Below, piece after piece: positions 58,237 to 64,000 of a stretch of DNA of 64,000 nt. Location: IMG/VR virus record IMGVR_UViG_3300005528_000049; one strand, written 5' to 3'. Position numbers and translations under genes: made by a program. The notes under the pieces were generated by a model that was not told where the DNA came from, did no database searches, and saw only the letters and a program-made list of their open reading frames with translations. This DNA is from a virus. Taxonomy: Duplodnaviria > Heunggongvirae > Uroviricota > Caudoviricetes. Numbering within the stretch: position 1 is the first letter of the stretch; every line of letters starts with the position of its first letter.

Positions 58237-59092
58237 TAAAAAAGTAGTTATTCCTTTTTTTGCTGGTCTTGTTGGAGTTGTTAGTGTTGCTTGTGGTTCA
58301 GTTCCTGAACCTGGAGAAACAGTATTAAAAGTATATAAAGCTGGTGATAATGCTGGGTTTGAAAAAGCAGAAATTGTTACTGGAAACTATGGAAATGACT
58401 TGAATGTAGTATATTACAAAATTAATAATAAGATTGTTAATTATGTTTATACTAATAGTATGACAGAAGGTAGAGCAGCAGATGAATCTATTAAATTTAG
58501 AACATCTGATGGTTTTGTAATGAGTTCTAATATAGGCATCTCTTATATTATTGTAGATCCTAAAAAGTTTCTATCTGTGCAGAAGATGGAAGATGAAAGC
58601 TTAACATTAGGGCCTCTATATATCCTACTTAGAGATAAAGTAAATAGTATTGGTAATACTTATTCCTTGAATGATCTAATTGCTATTCCTGGTCAAACTA
58701 ATAAGCTTAATAACACTTCAAAAACTCTTGCTGATTTCCAAGCAAATGTTCTAAAACAATTGAATGAAGAAACAGCTAAATATGGTGTTAAGGTACTTAG
58801 TGTTACTTTTGTAAATGGTTTTACTCCTCCTAAAGAAATTGCTGAGCAGGTTCTAAATAGTCAAATGCAGCTCATTGAGACTCAAAAACAGACTAGCCTT
58901 TCTCAAACTAAAGCAACTCAGTATGAAAGTGAATTGAGGGCTGCTAATGCTAAACTTCAACTAGCAAAGATTGAGGCGGAAACAAGAAAGCTTGATTCAG
59001 TTGGTGTAACTAATGAATATGTAACTCTGCAAGTCATTGCTCTTCTTAAAGAGAAGTGGAATGGCAGCTTTGTTATTATTGATGGTAAGTAA
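58229..59092 (+). CDS. putative lipoprotein / secreted protein with C-terminal coiled coil
   Basis: N-terminal signal sequence ending ...VVSVACGS; C-terminal QTSLSQTKATQYESELRAANAKLQLAKIEAETRKL. Confidence 0.5.
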   Translation: MINKKVVIPFFAGLVGVVSVACGSVPEPGETVLKVYKAGDNAGFEKAEIVTGNYGNDLNVVYYKINNKIVNYVYTNSMTEGRAADESIKFRTSDGFVMSSNIGISYIIVDPKKFLSVQKMEDESLTLGPLYILLRDKVNSIGNTYSLNDLIAIPGQTNKLNNTSKTLADFQANVLKQLNEETAKYGVKVLSVTFVNGFTPPKEIAEQVLNSQMQLIETQKQTSLSQTKATQYESELRAANAKLQLAKIEAETRKLDSVGVTNEYVTLQVIALLKEKWNGSFVIIDGK

Positions 59093-59148
59093 TTAGTTTA
59101 ATATTAACTCTGTTAGTATATAATTAACAGAGTTAATATTATAATAAT

Positions 59149-59358
59149 ATGATTGATACTATTGCTTCAAGTGAAGAATATGGATACATATATAAAAGAA
59201 TTAGAATTACAAATATAAGCTCTTTACCTCTTACTATATCTTTTAAATATAATATAGAAGTTGAAAAGAAAAAGGTTAAAAACTTATTAGCCAATAGACA
59301 TGAATACAAAGCAAGTAGGACTGATTTAGATATATATGGAAACCAAATATTTCATTGA
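59149..59358 (+). CDS. hypothetical small protein
   Basis: 69-aa ORF. Confidence 0.35.
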   Translation: MIDTIASSEEYGYIYKRIRITNISSLPLTISFKYNIEVEKKKVKNLLANRHEYKASRTDLDIYGNQIFH

Positions 59359-60022
59359 TGACTTAGAAAAGTATAAAGAATGGCAAGAGGGTAAAGCTTC
59401 TGTATTTGAAGAGATAGAAAAAGAACTTGAAAATGAGGCTTTATCTCCATGTGGTAAATATAAATTAACTATTTATAAATATGTTACTGGGCCTAATACT
59501 TGGACTTATACAGAAGGTATTGTAACTAGACTTAGTGATAATAAAGAGATAGTATCAGTTAAAAGAAACTACTCCTCTTTTTATCATTTCTTCTTTGATA
59601 AGTATCTTATTGCTGGTGAGGATTATCAGGGTTATACTGTTGTTAATTTAGAGACAGAAACATCTAATGTTTACTTTCCAGAAGCTGCTTTTAAAGGACA
59701 TGGTTTTTGTTGGGCGGCTATCTATGGAGTTGTTAATAACAAACTAATAGTAGAAGGTTGTTATTGGGGTGGCCCCTATGAAGTTGTTATTTATGACTTT
59801 AGTAATCCAGAAGTGTTACCTCTAACAGAACTAAATAGATTTGATGTTGATGGTTATGTTAGAGTAGAAGGTGATACAATAATCATTGAACAAGAATTAG
59901 AATATAGAAAGTCTGATGGTAAATTCTATAATGATTTATCAGATGATGAACAAAAGACATTAGATAATAACTTTCCTAAACTAAGTGCCTATAAAATAGT
60001 TCCATTAAGTATAAAGATATAA
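59336..60022 (+). CDS. hypothetical protein
   Basis: 228-aa ORF. Confidence 0.45.
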   Translation: METKYFIDDLEKYKEWQEGKASVFEEIEKELENEALSPCGKYKLTIYKYVTGPNTWTYTEGIVTRLSDNKEIVSVKRNYSSFYHFFFDKYLIAGEDYQGYTVVNLETETSNVYFPEAAFKGHGFCWAAIYGVVNNKLIVEGCYWGGPYEVVIYDFSNPEVLPLTELNRFDVDGYVRVEGDTIIIEQELEYRKSDGKFYNDLSDDEQKTLDNNFPKLSAYKIVPLSIKI

Positions 60023-60030
60023 TATAATAA

Positions 60031-60114
60031 GGGTGAGTATCCAAGTGGCTAAAGGGCGCTAACTGTAAAATCAGTTGATTTTTATCTTCATAGGTTTGAC
60101 TCCTATCTTGCCCA
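60031..60114 (+). tRNA. type II (long variable arm) tRNA with atypical anticodon loop; identity uncertain (Leu-TAA or Tyr-GTA)
   Basis: acceptor gggtgag/cttgccc (two G.U); T arm atagg-TTTGACT-cctat; variable arm gat-tttt-atc; anticodon stem aactg/cagtt encloses only 6 nt (taaaat), or 8 nt with a 4-bp stem. Confidence 0.5.
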
Positions 60115-60144
60115 TTTTTAAGTCTGTTTAATATTAAGTATAAT

Positions 60145-60206
60145 GCCCTAGTAGCATAGTGGTCAAATGCGCCTACCTTGTAAGTAGGAGATATCTGATC
60201 TAGGGC
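60145..60206 (+). ncRNA. 62-nt T-arm-less tRNA-like element, anticodon GTA (Tyr-type), followed by a U-run
   Basis: acceptor gccctag/ctagggc 7/7; perfect D arm gcat-agtggtcaa-atgc; perfect anticodon arm cctac-cuuGUAa-gtagg (U33, A37); only 11 nt (agatatctgat) where variable loop plus T arm should be; followed by tttttt, so the acceptor helix plus U-run could also act as a terminator. Confidence 0.35.
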
Positions 60207-60239
60207 TTTTTTATTTAAATAAATAAGAATAAATTTAAT

Positions 60240-60554
60240 ATGATTGTAAAGACATTTGAACAAGAATTAAAAGATCTTCTTGCTAGATATATAGCTAGAA
60301 TAGTATTTGAATATGATGTTAATTATAAGTATCACAATGTTAAAGTGATTAATGATAATGAAGAAGTATTATTTGAATCTGAGAACTCAAAAGAAAGAAT
60401 TACTATATTTAATGATATTGATATAAAAGATTATACAGACAAAGAAAAAGAAGTTATATTAAAAGACTTTAGTAATAAGCTATTATCTAATATAAAGGAT
60501 ATTCCACCTGAATTTGCTAAAATACTTTATGATAACTTTTGGGAATTAATATGA
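60240..60554 (+). CDS. hypothetical protein
   Basis: 104-aa ORF. Confidence 0.4.
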   Translation: MIVKTFEQELKDLLARYIARIVFEYDVNYKYHNVKVINDNEEVLFESENSKERITIFNDIDIKDYTDKEKEVILKDFSNKLLSNIKDIPPEFAKILYDNFWELI

Positions 60555-61030
60555 CAACATTTACACTTATAGCCTATAGACCTAATCATAATTCTTGGGA
60601 TGAATATAATGATTCTTCTAATTCTGATTTACAAATAAATATATCTGAATCATTAGATGAAATTGTTAAGCATATTGTTAATTATGAATTTAGTACTGAA
60701 TGTAGAAAATATAATTATAGATATGATGATTGGGAATTAACTTTACTTATAGATGGTAAAGAAGAATATTGGGATGAAGAAGATGAGACTAATATTCAAC
60801 ATATGGCTCTTAGAGAAATATGTAATGATAAAGTTGCAGAAGGGATTGCTGCTACAAAACAACAAATAATAGAAAACAAAAGAAAGGCCGAAGAACAAAG
60901 AATTATAAATGAACAGAGAAGAGCTGAAGAACAGAGGCTTTTACAAATTCAAATACAAGAAGAGAATAAAAGAAAAGAGTATGAGCTGTTTTTAAAGCTA
61001 AAAGAGAAATATAAAGATGTTAATTCCTAA
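60539..61030 (+). CDS. hypothetical protein with C-terminal charged coiled coil
   Basis: 163 aa; KRKAEEQRIINEQRRAEEQRLLQIQIQEENKRKE. Confidence 0.45.
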   Translation: MGINMTTFTLIAYRPNHNSWDEYNDSSNSDLQINISESLDEIVKHIVNYEFSTECRKYNYRYDDWELTLLIDGKEEYWDEEDETNIQHMALREICNDKVAEGIAATKQQIIENKRKAEEQRIINEQRRAEEQRLLQIQIQEENKRKEYELFLKLKEKYKDVNS

Positions 61031-61244
61031 TGAAACTATAAGAAGATATATTAATATTAATAAAGGCGTTGTTAATGCTAAAAGAGATAGAGTTTATATA
61101 TTTATAAATGGTGTGCCAATTGGCACAGTTATAAATCATTCAATTGAAGAAGTATTTGAGCCTATATATAATACTAAGTTAGTCTGGAAGGTTAAAGTTG
61201 AAAAGTGGGCAAATGATGCAACTTTAAGAATTACATTAAAATAA
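61017..61244 (+). CDS. hypothetical small protein
   Basis: 75-aa ORF. Confidence 0.35.
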   Translation: MLIPNETIRRYININKGVVNAKRDRVYIFINGVPIGTVINHSIEEVFEPIYNTKLVWKVKVEKWANDATLRITLK

Positions 61245-61290
61245 TTAATTGACTTAGTTTATTATATATGCTATAAGTAATATAATATTT

Positions 61291-61361
61291 GCGGGTGTAA
61301 TTTAATGGTAAAATTATGGACTTCCACTCCATTTTTGCAAGTTCAAGTCTTGTCATCCGCT
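61291..61361 (+). tRNA. tRNA-Gly (anticodon TCC)
   Basis: acceptor gcgggtg/catccgc (one G.U); U8; D arm attt-aatggta-aaat; anticodon arm atgga-cuuccac-tccat (U33, UCC, A37); T arm gcaag-TTCAAGT-cttgt. Confidence 0.7.
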
Positions 61362-61487
61362 TAGGAGTTATGTACTCATGTATCTTGTAACTCAGTGGGT
61401 AGAGGAAATTGTGTCAATAGTTCAAGTCTCTTCATTATACATATACATAACTCCATAATTATATTATTTAGAAATAAGTAATATAAT

Positions 61488-61572
61488 GGAAGGCTGACCG
61501 AGTGGACTATGGTGCTTGTCTTGAAAACAAGTAAAGGTAAAACTTTCTAGGGTTCAAATCCCTAGCCTTCCT
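61488..61572 (+). tRNA. tRNA-Ser (anticodon TGA), type II
   Basis: acceptor ggaaggc/gccttcc 7/7; 3-bp D stem; anticodon arm cttgt-cuuGAaa-acaag (UGA); variable arm aaag-gtaaaa-cttt; T arm taggg-TTCAAAT-cccta; followed by a T-run. Confidence 0.75.
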
Positions 61573-62111
61573 TTTTTTAAGTTGTAGAGATATGGCTGAG
61601 TGGCTGAGGTTCTTAATGTATAATTAAGGTTATATATAATAAAAATCTTAACTCAATGTCTAATAGAAAAACCTAATACTGTTTGCAGTATGTGTAATAC
61701 TGCAATTTACAGAAGACCATCATCCTTAATTAATTCAGAAGGTAAAGCTTATTGTAGCAGAGAATGTTATGGTAAATCTTGTCAAAAAGATAGTATTTTG
61801 TATTGTATGTAATAAAGAAATGCTTTCTAGTAAACATTCAAAAACTTGTTCTAAAGAATGTTTTAATATATCTCTTGCAGATCCCAATAGAAAGTTTTGC
61901 AAAGGAAGAAAGCCATATGCTTCAAATAAATATGGAAGTCGTTCTTTTAAGTATGCTTTTGTCATATTATTTGAACCATTGCTTTATATTATATTATAAA
62001 TAGGTTCAATTATAAAACTTTAAACCTCTAAGTTTTATAGTTTTTGGTTATCACTAGTTCAAATCTAGTTAGAGGTACTCATTACATATATAACTTTATA
62101 CAATAATTAAG

Positions 62112-62543
62112 ATGAACAAATTTAATGCTACACTTGATGCCACACAATTTGAAGATGGATATTCTAGAATAAAAAATAGTTATAGAACTGCTATTTTTCC
62201 TTCTGAACCTGCTAAACCAAATCTAGAAGATCTAGAGTCAGTTAAATCTTGGGTCCTAGAACAAACAAATTATCTAGAAGATTTAAAGCTTGCAAGAACT
62301 ACTCAGTCTCTTTATGATAATTATAACAGTGCACTTGATGATGAACTAGATTTGTTAAAAGAACAGTTTATAGCCATTAATATGTATAATATTAGTAAAG
62401 AAACTAAAGCTGCTATTCTTAATAAAGCCTGGAATGAGAAACATTCAGATGGTGAAAAGGCAGTTATTTTTTATACTAAACATTTACTTGAAGAATTGTT
62501 TTTTGATTATAGAATTAAGGATTGTAATAACAATGATTGTTGA
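62112..62543 (+). CDS. hypothetical protein
   Basis: 143-aa ORF. Confidence 0.45.
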   Translation: MNKFNATLDATQFEDGYSRIKNSYRTAIFPSEPAKPNLEDLESVKSWVLEQTNYLEDLKLARTTQSLYDNYNSALDDELDLLKEQFIAINMYNISKETKAAILNKAWNEKHSDGEKAVIFYTKHLLEELFFDYRIKDCNNNDC

Positions 62544-62772
62544 TAAAGAAAGATTGACAGATGCTGAATATGTGGAAAGGTTGAAGTTTGAACTTCAACC
62601 TTTTTATTTAGTTGGTGTGAATTCTAAGAGTGAACTAACAACAGATGAACTATGTTTGTTTGTTAAAAGTTATATTCAAAATGAAAGATTGTGCGTTGAT
62701 GTTATTAACATTAATAAACCTAATAGAGCTATTTATACAACATATATAATTAGGCACTGGTATGAATTATAA
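62533..62772 (+). CDS. hypothetical protein
   Basis: ORF 62434..62772 trimmed to the internal Met (MIVDKERL...) that overlaps the upstream stop by 11 nt. Confidence 0.35.
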   Translation: MIVDKERLTDAEYVERLKFELQPFYLVGVNSKSELTTDELCLFVKSYIQNERLCVDVININKPNRAIYTTYIIRHWYEL

Positions 62773-62793
62773 GCTATACTCTTTATAGTTTAT

Positions 62794-62985
62794 ATGAATG
62801 GTAGTTGTATGAGAAATAAAAAGAATTTATTACTTAGACTACAGAAAGAAACAATAAAAGGCTGCCTTAAGAAAACTGTATATTCTAATAGATATACAGC
62901 AGAAATAGAGGCAGCTAAATTTAATAAGAGAACTTATAAGTGTTCTTATTGTAGCCTATTTCATTTAACTAGTCAGTTAGAATAA
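62794..62985 (+). CDS. small Cys-containing protein (possible zinc ribbon)
   Basis: 63 aa; C..C early and CSYC near the C-terminus. Confidence 0.35.
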   Translation: MNGSCMRNKKNLLLRLQKETIKGCLKKTVYSNRYTAEIEAAKFNKRTYKCSYCSLFHLTSQLE

Positions 62986-62991
62986 TATACA

Positions 62992-63294
62992 ATGACAAAG
63001 AAATTTAGTAAGACAATAGCGAATGATATAGCTTGTACTTCTGTAGACTATGTGTTAGAAAGTATATTAAATCATGATACAGATAACAGACAGTATTCTT
63101 TAGAAACAACTGCTGATAGTTTTACAGATAACTTTATGGAAGACTTGCAAGATTTAGATTTACTTGTAACTGAATATAGAATAAAAATTATATCAGAGTG
63201 TTTTGAAAAACAACTAGAAAAGATTAGAAATAAAGTTAAATGTATTCAGAAGAATAATTTTAAAAGATATGCAATTAAAAAAGAAATACAATGA
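62992..63294 (+). CDS. hypothetical protein
   Basis: 100-aa ORF. Confidence 0.4.
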   Translation: MTKKFSKTIANDIACTSVDYVLESILNHDTDNRQYSLETTADSFTDNFMEDLQDLDLLVTEYRIKIISECFEKQLEKIRNKVKCIQKNNFKRYAIKKEIQ

Positions 63295-63500
63295 GTTTAC
63301 ATATACTTATTAAAGGCAATGTATATGATTATGAAGAGATAGAAAGCAGTTATGATACTTTATTAAATATCAGTAATGATTGTTCTGCACAAGCTCAAGT
63401 TGATCATGCTAGATAATATTGAAGATATAAAGATAAAGAGCAGAAAATTGCAGTCTTAACTAATAGTGATTTCTTTAAGAAAGAAATTAATAATCTTATT

Positions 63501-63728
63501 ATGTTGTCTAAGTTATCTTTACATAATAGATTAAAAGTTTGTCAAGAATATAAAGTCTATAAAGGCCTTTCTTTTTCTTCAAGAGATGATAGTAAGATTA
63601 CTTGTTATGACTTAGAGCATAAAGAGGACTGTGTATTAGAAGAATTTGGCTCTGTTGTTAAGAGTTTTGATGATGTAATTGACTTTCAAAATAAACTATA
63701 TGATTACATAATGTGGAGTTTAGATTAA
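63501..63728 (+). CDS. hypothetical protein
   Basis: 75-aa ORF. Confidence 0.35.
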   Translation: MLSKLSLHNRLKVCQEYKVYKGLSFSSRDDSKITCYDLEHKEDCVLEEFGSVVKSFDDVIDFQNKLYDYIMWSLD

Positions 63729-64000
63729 TGACTTTAGTAAATAAGTGTAAAGCTAAAGAGTATGTTAAATGGATATTAGATGCAATTGAATGTGAAGATC
63801 AAACTAACAAAAACTTGTTTGGAATTAATACTTGTTTTTACTTAAATATGCCATTTGAACATCTTCAAAAATTAACAGAGGAATGTCCTATTGAAATAAA
63901 GGAAGAAGTTCAACAGGAGTTTTATGAATGTATTAAGCCCTATAAAAAACTATTTGATTATCCTACTGTACAAGGATTTAGTGATTGGCTAACTGAGTTA

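Noticed and set aside
59976-60263. 95-aa minus ORF overlapping the tRNA-like pair at 60031..60206
   Set aside because: Would run antisense across two well-structured tRNA-like elements; more likely spurious.
1-64000. CRISPR arrays, rRNA genes, integrase/attachment sites, transposase-type IS elements
   Set aside because: No regularly spaced direct repeats, no rRNA-like conserved stretches, and no tyrosine/serine recombinase or DDE transposase motifs were seen. The region looks like a virulent phage, not a prophage or IS-rich island.

Overview
This window is a very AT-rich, densely coded stretch that looks like part of a virulent tailed-phage (Caudoviricetes) genome, not a bacterial chromosome. 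The host cannot be identified from sequence alone.

Layout along the window:
- 1-11 kb: small hypothetical genes, a MoxR-like AAA+ ATPase paired with a vWA/HExxH protein, and tail-fibre genes.
- 11.1-16.9 kb: a minus-strand block of large repeat-containing structural / tail-fibre proteins.
- 16.9-33.7 kb: a plus-strand replication and recombination module: UvsX/RecA-like recombinase, family-A DNA polymerase, sliding-clamp-like protein, DnaX-like clamp loader, UDG-like protein, SF2 and SF1 (Dda-like) helicases, DnaG-type primase.
- 34-37.9 kb: a second minus-strand structural block.
- 37.9-54 kb: RuvC-like resolvase, class II (B12-dependent) ribonucleotide reductase, RNA-ligase-like protein, metallophosphoesterase and many small ORFs.
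- 54.3-62.1 kb: a tRNA/ncRNA island interleaved with HNH endonuclease genes.

Mobile elements:
- The DNA polymerase gene appears split by a ~1 kb group-I-like intron carrying an HNH-AP2 homing endonuclease.
- The ribonucleotide reductase carries a LAGLIDADG intein.
- Four HNH endonuclease genes are present in total.

The tRNA island holds clean tRNAs (Pro, Gln, Gly, Ser) alongside several tRNA-like genes with non-canonical architecture. These include one with a ~64-nt insertion in the anticodon loop, a T-arm-less element, 6-bp acceptor stems with a conserved unpaired T, and 100-160 nt elements with perfect acceptor and T arms. These atypical tRNA genes are the most unusual content of the window.

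All calls are from reading motifs by eye. No database searches were run.
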